Position numbers and translations under genes: made by a program
The notes under the pieces: model-generated
Seen by the model: only the letters and a program-made list of their open reading frames with translations
Database searches by the model: none
What the model was told of the DNA's origin: nothing
Shown: piece by piece, positions 30,083 to 36,837 of the stretch
Layout: each line of letters begins with the position of its first letter
How positions within the stretch are numbered: the stretch's first letter is position 1
From: Gemmatimonadales bacterium
GTDB lineage: Bacteria > Gemmatimonadota > Gemmatimonadetes > Gemmatimonadales > GWC2-71-9
NCBI GenBank assembly: GCA_038240915.1
Contig: JBBRGH010000001.1
Coordinates: 1 to 42,602, forward strand
Length of the DNA: 42,602 nucleotides
Direction: 5' to 3'

Positions 30083-30949
30083 TTAGCGCGACGGCAGGAG
30101 CCGTTGCGGGTCCATCAGGGCCACGATGTCCTTGACGGTCCAAACCTTGTCCGTCAGGCCCGACGCCATAGCCGGGGTCGTCTTGACGCCCTGAGCAGCC
30201 TTGGTGAGCGTCTGGTGGGGACGGCAGTAGTTGTAATACAGGAAGAACAGGCTGGCCGCGTGGGCGTGATTCTCCGCCTTCTTGGAGAAGGCGTTGGTCA
30301 GCCGGGTATAGCGGCGGCTCTGCATGCGAAGGGTGAGGTTCGACCGCTCGACATAAGACGTAGAGACAAGGTCCGGGTCCGGAGTTCCGATCACACGGAT
30401 TTTCTGTGTGCCGGTGCAGACGGGGGGGCTGTACCGCCGCGACGAATCCACCCCACTCTCAAGCTGGCCGTAGCTCTTCACCAACTGCGCATAATCCACT
30501 TCATCGAAGCGGAAGGCGGCCCGGACGGCGGTGAGGCACATGCCGTGGCCGTCCGTCGTCAACTGAATCCGGCGGGTCACCCGCGCCCGCAAGTCCTGCA
30601 TAAACTCGATGGCGTTCTCTTGGGTCCGCCCGCCCACCAGCCACGTCATGATGAGCTTGGACTCTGCATCCAGGGCCGTAAAGGTCCAAATGTCGCCATC
30701 ACCCGGACGGGTGGCCCGCCGCTGCTTGGCTCCCACGAAGGCCCAAATCTCGTCCGCCTCGACCACCGCCGTCCTGAGGTTCCGGTGGACCGCATCCTGA
30801 TAGGCTGACGCAAACTCCCCCGCCTCGACCATCAGCTTCATGACCGTCTCTTTGTTCGCCCCGGTCATGCGGGCGGTCGCGCGGATGCTGTTGCCCTCGC
30901 AGAGGGCAGTGATGATGGCGGCGCGACGGTCGGCAGAAAGCTTGTTCAT
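30083..30949 (-). CDS. IS1-family DDE transposase (single-ORF type)
   Basis: N-terminal HTH 'NSIRATARMTGANKETV'. 'EADEIWAFVGAKQRR', 'LTTDGHGMC' and 'YVERSNLTLRMQSRRYTRLTNAFSKKAENH' align with E. coli IS1 InsB 'EMDEQWGYVGAKSRQ', 'WMTDGWPLY' and '[30 protein letters not shown]'. ATG 30949 (the ORF track begins at TTG 30970). Confidence 0.87.
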   Translation of the reverse strand: MNKLSADRRAAIITALCEGNSIRATARMTGANKETVMKLMVEAGEFASAYQDAVHRNLRTAVVEADEIWAFVGAKQRRATRPGDGDIWTFTALDAESKLIMTWLVGGRTQENAIEFMQDLRARVTRRIQLTTDGHGMCLTAVRAAFRFDEVDYAQLVKSYGQLESGVDSSRRYSPPVCTGTQKIRVIGTPDPDLVSTSYVERSNLTLRMQSRRYTRLTNAFSKKAENHAHAASLFFLYYNYCRPHQTLTKAAQGVKTTPAMASGLTDKVWTVKDIVALMDPQRLLPSR

Positions 30950-30998
30950 TGTAACGGTCAATATAGCCAATTGCTAAGCATTGGTCAAGGGAGGATTG

Positions 30999-31023
30999 AC
31001 CTAAAAGGTAGCATGGTGCTACC
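30999..31023. promoter_or_regulatory. Candidate MqsA operator palindromes in the TAC promoter
   Basis: ACCT-AAA-AGGT at 30999-31009 overlaps a second palindrome, GGTAGCA-TGG-TGCTACC, at 31007-31023. A TTGACC -35-like hexamer lies at 30996-31001. The sites are 10-35 nt upstream of ATG 31033. Confidence 0.5.
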
Positions 31024-31032
31024 ATTCAGGGC

Positions 31033-31362
31033 ATGCTTCCTAGCATGCCAACCGGGCTAACCGACGAACAGGTGGTGGATTTGGTCCGGACAGCTGCTTG
31101 CAGCGCCGGGTTTTACGTCCATCGCCGGTGCCAGGACTCGGTCCAGGATCACGGCTACGATCTGGCGAGGGTACGGGGGTTGCTGGCGGGCTGCGACGTG
31201 TCGGAACTGGTGAAACATGAGCCCGATGACCAGGGGCGACCGTACTACATCGTGGAGTTCGACATTCTGGACTATGACCAATCGTTCCCGTTCTACATCA
31301 AGGTTTCTCTAGTGATACCCGAGTTGAGAGATGGCTACTTACTCTCATTCAAGCGGAAGTGA
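31033..31362 (+). CDS. mqsR: MqsR-family type II toxin (mRNA interferase)
   Basis: The C-terminus 'FYIKVSLVIPELRDGYLLSFKRK' parallels E. coli MqsR 'VYLKITVIHDVLIVSFKEK'. The N-terminal 'DEQVVDLVRTAA' parallels 'LSQVKKLVNAGQ'. About 105-109 aa (ATG 31033 or 31045). Confidence 0.8.
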   Translation: MLPSMPTGLTDEQVVDLVRTAACSAGFYVHRRCQDSVQDHGYDLARVRGLLAGCDVSELVKHEPDDQGRPYYIVEFDILDYDQSFPFYIKVSLVIPELRDGYLLSFKRK

Positions 31363-31363
31363 C

Positions 31364-31960
31364 ATGAGCCCATCTGAGCCCCTCATCCAGTGCCCGGCAT
31401 GCAGAAGCACCGAGCTTGAAATCGAGCGCGAGGAAAAGTTTGCTCGGAGTGAGCGCGGAAAGTCTGTGGCGTACTGGCAGGAGTTTCACCGTTGCCGAGG
31501 GTGCCAAGAGGAGTTTCTAACTCCGGCGCAGTCGGATGCGAGTAGCCGGGGTCATGCATCGGCCCTCAGGAAAGCCGAGCGGCTGGTCACGCCCGATGAA
31601 ATTGTCGAAGCTCGCAACCGGCTTGGCATGACCCAGGATGATTTTGAGATCGCGCTCGGGGTCGGCAGAAAGACCGTCGTCCGGTGGGAGCGTGGCACGG
31701 TGGTGCCGAGCCGAGCCGCCAACGGACTTCTTTGGTTTGCCGTTCACTACCCGAGCGTGTTTAAGAAGTATGCGCGAGCGAACGCCCCGGAGTCTGTGCG
31801 TGCAACCGCGGAAGCCCAATTGGTCGCCAGTATCAGCTCTCCCCCCGAGGGCCGCGGAATGGCCAAGGTTACCCGCTGGTCGCCTCCGAGCGCAGAGCGA
31901 ACGACCACGGACGCTGGCCCAGAAATCGGGGGCGACGTGCTTGCCGGGAGTTCTGTGTGA
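31364..31960 (+). CDS. mqsA: MqsA-family antitoxin (Zn-ribbon plus XRE HTH) with extended C-terminal tail
   Basis: Starts 1 nt after the toxin stop. 'CPACRS...CRGCQEEF' forms a CxxC/CxxC zinc ribbon. HTH 'ARNRLGMTQDDFEIALGVGRKTVVRWERG'. A further 70 aa or so follow beyond the length of E. coli MqsA. Confidence 0.85.
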   Translation: MSPSEPLIQCPACRSTELEIEREEKFARSERGKSVAYWQEFHRCRGCQEEFLTPAQSDASSRGHASALRKAERLVTPDEIVEARNRLGMTQDDFEIALGVGRKTVVRWERGTVVPSRAANGLLWFAVHYPSVFKKYARANAPESVRATAEAQLVASISSPPEGRGMAKVTRWSPPSAERTTTDAGPEIGGDVLAGSSV

Positions 31961-32430
31961 CGACGCCCGCCCTCCCTCGCGTCGAGATGACCTTAGCGCA
32001 CATCTTCTTGGACCACGCTGAGTTTCGGCATCGGAGCGAGCCGCTAGACTTCGACCCGAGCGCCGAGAGGAAGCCGTCACCGCCAGCAGCTGTGACGGTC
32101 AACTTGCGGCTGGCCGAGGACAAGAAGAGTGTCGCGGTGAGGCTCCAAGTAGAGAGCGAAAACCCGGACAATCCATATATCTACTCGGTCGCTTACGTTG
32201 CGCTCTTTACCGTGCAAACGGACGCCGATCTCGACGCCGAGGAATCCAAGCCGATACGGGATAGGATGATGGCAACCGGGGCAACGGTGGCGATGCCGTT
32301 TGCACGCGAGTTGGTGGGCAACCTGACCGGCAGATCGCGGCTCGGCCCGCAGTGGTTGAATCCTATCAACTTCGCCACGCATCTACTGAATCCTGAAAGT
32401 CAGAACAAGCTAGTTCCGCCCACAATCTAG
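31957..32430 (+). CDS. SecB-like chaperone (TAC chaperone)
   Basis: GTGA overlap with the antitoxin. 'VALFTVQTD...ATGATVAMPFARELVGNLTGRSRLGPQWLNPINF' parallels SecB '[35 protein letters not shown]' and M. tuberculosis Rv1957 'RFALYPYIREYVYDLTGRLALPPLTL'. An alternative ATG lies at 31987. Confidence 0.8.
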   Translation: MTTPALPRVEMTLAHIFLDHAEFRHRSEPLDFDPSAERKPSPPAAVTVNLRLAEDKKSVAVRLQVESENPDNPYIYSVAYVALFTVQTDADLDAEESKPIRDRMMATGATVAMPFARELVGNLTGRSRLGPQWLNPINFATHLLNPESQNKLVPPTI

Positions 32431-32449
32431 GAGCCGAGGGCCTGCCTCC

Positions 32450-32647
32450 ATGCCTGACTACTACAACTCAGCCTTTCACGCTCACGGCGCAGCGGTCCAC
32501 CACGTCGAGACGGAATGCCCTGACGGCTTGCGGGTTCCCGGCCCTGAGCGGGTATCCGGAACTGGCAACCTTCCGATGTGCAATTGGTGTCGGGATGAAT
32601 CGAACCGGCGGCGGAGGCCCCCGCGCCGGTACTACTCTGGCGGGTAG
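32450..32647 (+). CDS. Small Cys-containing hypothetical protein
   Basis: 65-aa ORF. 'HHVETECPDG...VSGTGNLPMCNWC' resembles a small conserved protein type I recall (YH..C..G....SGTGG..LC..C). No clear RBS. Confidence 0.4.
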   Translation: MPDYYNSAFHAHGAAVHHVETECPDGLRVPGPERVSGTGNLPMCNWCRDESNRRRRPPRRYYSGG

Positions 32648-33012
32648 AAGGTCATCTCCCAGGTCGGGCCGTCGGGCTCACCGAGAGTCATCAGCCACAC
32701 GCGGCGGAGGGCGTTGACCGGGAGGCCCGCATCGAGCGCCACAGCCAGCGCACGAAATCCATCGGCGAAAGGCCCGTGGAAGCGAACGGTGGGCTCGGGG
32801 AAGGCATGCCCCGGCCCACCTTCGCAACTTTCATAGGTTTCCACCCCGCAGGCCCGGAGCGCATGCACGATATCGGCTATGCCGATATCGAGGCTACCGA
32901 GCCCCCGGCTACTCTCCAGTGGCCTTCCCGTTCGTCCAGCGGCCTTTGGCGGCCTTTCTTGCGATAGCCGTCCTATCGGCCGGGCTGAGCCTGTCTTTGC
33001 GGTTTCGGCCAC
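32632..33012 (-). CDS. Hypothetical protein
   Basis: Open frame of 126 aa with no recognisable family. The upstream third overlaps the next gene, so the true start is probably internal (for example the GTG of 'VHALRAC'). Confidence 0.35.
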   Translation of the reverse strand: MAETAKTGSARPIGRLSQERPPKAAGRTGRPLESSRGLGSLDIGIADIVHALRACGVETYESCEGGPGHAFPEPTVRFHGPFADGFRALAVALDAGLPVNALRRVWLMTLGEPDGPTWEMTFYPPE

Positions 33013-33157
33013 CCTTCGATCCTCTTGAGACGGCGTCTGGATTATTGTCGCGCTCCCCAGGTGGCAGCGTCTTAGGGGCCTGTCTAGTCGCCTCTAACAT
33101 CGTCCTGAAGGCGATTTCGGCCACGTCGGGCCGGAGCTTGGTCGGTTTCTTTGGCAT
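32909..33157 (-). CDS. Small basic hypothetical protein with KGG / 'ARKAAKGRW' C-terminal motif
   Basis: 82-aa ORF. 'RGSKGGRNRKDRLSPADRTAIARKAAKGRW' is a motif commonly seen at the C-terminus of small mobile-element proteins. This is recollection, not verified. Confidence 0.5.
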   Translation of the reverse strand: MPKKPTKLRPDVAEIAFRTMLEATRQAPKTLPPGERDNNPDAVSRGSKGGRNRKDRLSPADRTAIARKAAKGRWTNGKATGE

Positions 33158-33207
33158 AGCTGGAATCTAGGGACCGGTCCCGGAATCACCAATCGGCTTG
33201 TGTACCA

Positions 33208-33227
33208 AGTCATAACCGGACACTACC
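33208..33227. repeat. Right terminal inverted repeat AGTCATAACCGGACACTACC
   Basis: Perfect reverse complement of 28361-28380. Confidence 0.85.
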
Positions 33228-33236
33228 GGCCGGGGC
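33228..33236. repeat. Target-site duplication, right copy (GGCCGGGGC)
   Basis: Identical to 28352-28360 and directly abutting the right inverted repeat. Confidence 0.75.
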
Positions 33237-33412
33237 CGGGGCGGGCGCGGAGGGCGATCCGCCGAGCGGCGGCGAGCAGGCCGCGGCCGCGCCGAATCGT
33301 CGTGCACGACGGCGGAGCGCGGTCGTGCGGGGCGCGGAAAATTTTCGTCGTTTCGTGCGGTCGAAAATCATTCTGTCAAGAGCGCGATCGCGCACATTTT
33401 TGGCTGGTTGAC

Positions 33413-33421
33413 TTTTCCACA
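33413..33421 (+). promoter_or_regulatory. DnaA-box-like 9-mer TTTTCCACA in the dnaA promoter region
   Basis: One mismatch to TTATCCACA. It immediately follows a TTGAC -35-like element (33408-33412), 56 nt upstream of the dnaA ATG. Confidence 0.4.
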
Positions 33422-33476
33422 CCCGTTCCGTAACATCTCCTGCCCTTGATCAGTCCCCCACCGTTTTCGAGTTCCG

Positions 33477-34859
33477 ATGCAGCTGTCCGCAAAAGACGCA
33501 TGGAAGCGCATCCTCGATGAGGCGCATCGCGAGCTTCCTGACCACACGATCCGGACCTGGCTGGAGCCGACGGAGGCGATCGCCCTCGATGAGGGTCGCC
33601 TGATCGTCGGAGCGCCGGATCAGTTCGCCGTGGAATGGAACGAGACGAAGCACGCGACGCTGCTGTCCCGCCTGGCCGAGCCGGTCATCGGGCGGCCGAC
33701 GTCAGTCGTCTTCCGCGTGCACGAGGATCGTCAGAAGCGGCCGCAGATGGATTTCTTCGTCGCGCCGAGCTCGCCGGCGGTCGTGGCGGTGGCGGCCAAT
33801 CCGAGTACCCAGCCGCTCAACGAGCGGTACACGTTCGACACCTTCGTCATCGGCAAGTCCAACGAACTCGCGGCCGCCGCGGCCCACGCCGCCGCCGAAT
33901 CCCCGGGCAAGACCTACAACCCCCTCTTCATCTACGGCGCCACCGGGCTGGGCAAGACCCACCTGATGCAGGCCATCGCCCACACCGTCTGCCAGCGCCA
34001 GCCCGACACCCGGGTGCTCTACGTCGGGGCCGAGCAGTTCATCAACGAGGTGATCGAGAGCATCCACAGCCGGACCATGCCGGAGTTCCGCCGCCGCTAC
34101 CGCGCCGACGTGGACCTCTTCCTGGTGGACGACGTCCATTTCCTCGAGGGCAAGGAGATGACGCAGGAGGAGTTCTTTCATACGTTTAACGCGCTGTACG
34201 AAGGCAACCGGCAGATCGTCCTGACCTCCGACCGGCCGCCCAAGGAGATCCCGGGGCTCGAGGCCCGGCTGGTGAGCCGGTTCGAGTGGGGCATGGTGGC
34301 CGACATCGGGCAGCCCGACCTGGAGCACCGGATCGCAATCCTGCGGAAGAAGCAGGAGCAGGACCACCTGGAGCTCACCATTCCGGACGACGTGCTGCGG
34401 TTCATCGCTGAGCACGTGCGCTCGAACGTGCGCGAGCTGGAAGGCTGCATCATCAAGCTGCTCCTGTTCGCCTCGCTCAAGCACAAGGAAGTGTCGATCG
34501 AGCTGGCCCGCGAGGCGCTGAGCGACAAAATCCGGCCGGGTGAGGACGGGATGGCGAATCCCAAGGCCCTGCCGTCGATCAACAAGGTGCAGGAGGTGGT
34601 GGCCCGGCGCTGGGGCGTGACGCCCGAGGGCCTCCGCTCGAAGGCGCGGATCAAGACGCTCACGGTGCCGCGCCAGATCGCGATGTATCTCGCGCGCGAG
34701 CTGCTGGAGATGCAGCTGGTGGAGATCGGGCAGGCGTTCGGCGGCCGCGATCACTCGACGGTGATTCACAGCGTGGACAAGGTGAGCCGGCAGATGTCGC
34801 GCGATCGCACCTTCCGCGAGCGGGTCGATCACGCGCGCCAGGAGTTGTGCGCAGAGTAA
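33477..34859 (+). CDS. dnaA: Chromosomal replication initiator protein DnaA
   Basis: 'W..ILDEA...L.....TWL' at the N-terminus. AAA+ 'YNPLFIYGATGLGKTHL', 'LVDDVHFL' and 'LTSDRPPKEI'. Domain IV 'RQIAMYLARE...IGQAFGGRDHSTVIHS'. Confidence 0.95.
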   Translation: MQLSAKDAWKRILDEAHRELPDHTIRTWLEPTEAIALDEGRLIVGAPDQFAVEWNETKHATLLSRLAEPVIGRPTSVVFRVHEDRQKRPQMDFFVAPSSPAVVAVAANPSTQPLNERYTFDTFVIGKSNELAAAAAHAAAESPGKTYNPLFIYGATGLGKTHLMQAIAHTVCQRQPDTRVLYVGAEQFINEVIESIHSRTMPEFRRRYRADVDLFLVDDVHFLEGKEMTQEEFFHTFNALYEGNRQIVLTSDRPPKEIPGLEARLVSRFEWGMVADIGQPDLEHRIAILRKKQEQDHLELTIPDDVLRFIAEHVRSNVRELEGCIIKLLLFASLKHKEVSIELAREALSDKIRPGEDGMANPKALPSINKVQEVVARRWGVTPEGLRSKARIKTLTVPRQIAMYLARELLEMQLVEIGQAFGGRDHSTVIHSVDKVSRQMSRDRTFRERVDHARQELCAE

Positions 34860-35079
34860 TCCCCGCGTCCGCACTTGCGGTGTGGGAACTCTGGACGACG
34901 GTGGAGAGGTGGGGTCGAACGTCCCCAACGCCAACAGCGTGTCGACACGCGGCGGGGACAGTAACTCGGGACCCACGGACGGATTACGGGCGCCGCCCAC
35001 ATATCCAGACTCTCTACTACTGCTACTAGATCTTTTAAACTGGTAAAGCAGTACTGCTTTTTCCTCCTTGAGGAGCGGC

Positions 35080-36195
35080 ATGAAGCTCACGATCACGCGA
35101 GAGCAACTCCAGGAAGGTCTCGTCGCCGTGGCGGCCAGCGTGCCGGCCAAGACGACGCTGCCGATCCTGTCCAACATCCTGCTCGAAGCCACCAAGGACG
35201 GCATCCGTCTCTCGGGCACCGATCTCGACATCGCCGTGAGCACCACGGTGTCGGCTTCGGTTGACCAGGAGGGCGCCATCACCTTGCCGGCCAGGAAGCT
35301 GGTCGAGATCGTCCGCGAGCTTCCCAGCGCCGCCATCCGGCTCACCGCCTCCGGCGAGCAGCGGGTGACGATCGAGTGCGGCCGCTCCAAATTCCGGCTG
35401 CTGGGCCTGCCCCGCGAGGAATTCCCGGCCTTCCCGACCGTCAAGTTCGACGGCAGCTGGCGGACCTCCTCCAAGGATCTCCAGAAGCTGATTGCCCACG
35501 TGGCCTTCGCCGCCAGCACCGAGGAGAGCCGGCCGATCCTCAACGGCGTGCTGTGGGAGCTCCGGCCCGAGCGGATGCGGATGGTGGCCACCAACGGACA
35601 CCGGCTGGCCCGGATGGACGTGCCCACCCCGCCGTCGGGGAACACCGCGCAGGCCGACCTGATCGTCCCGCCCAAGGCGCTGGAGCAGATCCGCCGCCTG
35701 TTCAAGGCCGACGAAGAGGTCGAGATCGCCCGGAGCGACAACCACCTCGGCTTCCGCTCGGCCACGACCCAGATCTTCACCCGGCTGATCGAAGGCCCGT
35801 ATCCGAACTACGAGCAGGTGATCCCGCGGGAGAACGACAAATCGGCGACAGCGGACAAGGCGGCGTTCTCGTCGGCGCTTCGGCGGATGAGCATCGTGGC
35901 CAGCGATCAGACCCACCGGATCCGGATGGCTTTCGCCAACGGCTCGTGCAAGCTGTCGGTCCAGACCCCGGACCTGGGCGAGGCGCAGGAGGAGATCACG
36001 GTGAGCTACGACGGCGACCCGCTCGAGATCGGGTTCAATGCCTCGTACCTGCTGGAGATCCTCAAGTACATCCCGACCGACGAGGTCCGGCTCACGTTCA
36101 AGGCTCCTGAGCGAGCGGCCACGTGCGAGCCGGTGGGCTGGAACGACCCCTCAAGCTACCTGACGCTGGTCATGCCGCTCCGCCTGGTGGATTGA
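35080..36195 (+). CDS. dnaN: DNA polymerase III subunit beta (sliding clamp)
   Basis: 'MKLTITREQLQEGL', 'LPILSNILLEA', 'ATNGHRLA', 'LIEGPYPNYEQVIP' and the C-terminal 'LVMPLRL'. GAGGAG RBS. The ORF track begins at TTG 35068. Confidence 0.95.
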   Translation: MKLTITREQLQEGLVAVAASVPAKTTLPILSNILLEATKDGIRLSGTDLDIAVSTTVSASVDQEGAITLPARKLVEIVRELPSAAIRLTASGEQRVTIECGRSKFRLLGLPREEFPAFPTVKFDGSWRTSSKDLQKLIAHVAFAASTEESRPILNGVLWELRPERMRMVATNGHRLARMDVPTPPSGNTAQADLIVPPKALEQIRRLFKADEEVEIARSDNHLGFRSATTQIFTRLIEGPYPNYEQVIPRENDKSATADKAAFSSALRRMSIVASDQTHRIRMAFANGSCKLSVQTPDLGEAQEEITVSYDGDPLEIGFNASYLLEILKYIPTDEVRLTFKAPERAATCEPVGWNDPSSYLTLVMPLRLVD

Positions 36196-36285
36196 CCCCC
36201 GCGCGGGCCGCGCTGTGACGGTGGCCCCGGTCCGCCGGCGGGCACCGTGGTATTTTAGGAGGACACGCGAGCCTTGGAGGGCCTG

Positions 36286-36723
36286 ATGCGCACCAACCTG
36301 AACAATTTCGATCTCGAGCCCGCCGACGGTGAGGCGTCCGGGGGCGGAGTGCTGGGCCTGGCCCTGGTGGCGCTGGCCGTCGGCGCCGGCACGGCACTGC
36401 TGTTCGCGCCCGCCGAGGGCGCCAAAACCCGGGAGGTGGTTGGCGGCCACCTCCGCGATTTCCGGGGCGAGGCGGAAAGCGCCCTGGCCCGGGTGCAGCG
36501 GGAAATTGGCCGGCGGGACGCGCGCCGCCGACGGGAACGCCGCTTGGCCGCCCTGCTCGGCCTGGCGGTCGGGGCTGCCGTAGCCGCCCTGGTGCTCCCG
36601 CAGAGCGGGCCCGACACGCGCCGGAAGCTCTCCGCGGCGGTCCGGCGGCGGAAGGAGCAGGCGGATGAGGTGGTGGATCGGGTGGTGCGGGAGCCGCAGC
36701 GGGATCCGCAGCCGGCGGCCTGA
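36286..36723 (+). CDS. YtxH-like membrane-anchored protein
   Basis: GGAGG RBS at 36276-36280. 'LGLALVALAVGAGTALLFAPAEGAKTRE' matches the YtxH pattern, followed by a second hydrophobic helix. Confidence 0.68.
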   Translation: MRTNLNNFDLEPADGEASGGGVLGLALVALAVGAGTALLFAPAEGAKTREVVGGHLRDFRGEAESALARVQREIGRRDARRRRERRLAALLGLAVGAAVAALVLPQSGPDTRRKLSAAVRRRKEQADEVVDRVVREPQRDPQPAA

Positions 36724-36747
36724 GCGGCGCGGCGAGACCCGAGCAGG

Positions 36748-36781
36748 CGAAGGGGGCATGCCGAGTGGCGTGCCCCCTTCG
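36748..36781. terminator. Bidirectional hairpin between convergent genes
   Basis: CGAAGGGGGCA (36748-36758) pairs with TGCCCCCTTCG (36771-36781) around a 12-nt loop. Confidence 0.5.
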
Positions 36782-36837
36782 TCGCGCTCAGGGTGGCAGT
36801 TGCGGCTGCCCCAGGCGCCAGGCCGTGACGGCCTCCT

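Larger units (their letters stand above)
28361..33227. mobile_element. IS1-family transposon with passenger genes (4,867 bp)
   Basis: Perfect 20-bp terminal inverted repeats, a flanking 9-bp direct repeat, an internal IS1-type DDE transposase, and visibly lower GC than the flanks. It interrupts the normally contiguous rpmH|dnaA spacer. Confidence 0.78.

Noticed and set aside
31007-31023. GGTAGCATGGTGCTACC begins like the transposon end (GGTAG...), which suggests an internal inverted repeat delimiting a smaller IS around the transposase.
   Set aside because: Only the first 5 nt match the terminal repeat, and no partner repeat exists near the transposase stop (30060-30085). The sequence is better explained as an operator palindrome in the TAC promoter.
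33200-33433. The 77-aa ORF shares the peptide '[10 protein letters not shown]' with the ORF at 28125-28574, which hints at a duplicated gene.
   Set aside because: The shared peptide is simply the translation of the 20-bp terminal inverted repeat plus adjacent GC-rich target sequence. Neither ORF has coding character. One of them overlaps rpmH in another frame.
34860-35010. DnaA boxes and oriC in the dnaA-dnaN spacer (TGTGGGAAC, ATATCCAGA).
   Set aside because: The best matches carry 2-3 mismatches to TTATCCACA/TGTGGATAA and there is no clustered array. That is insufficient to call an origin from this window alone.
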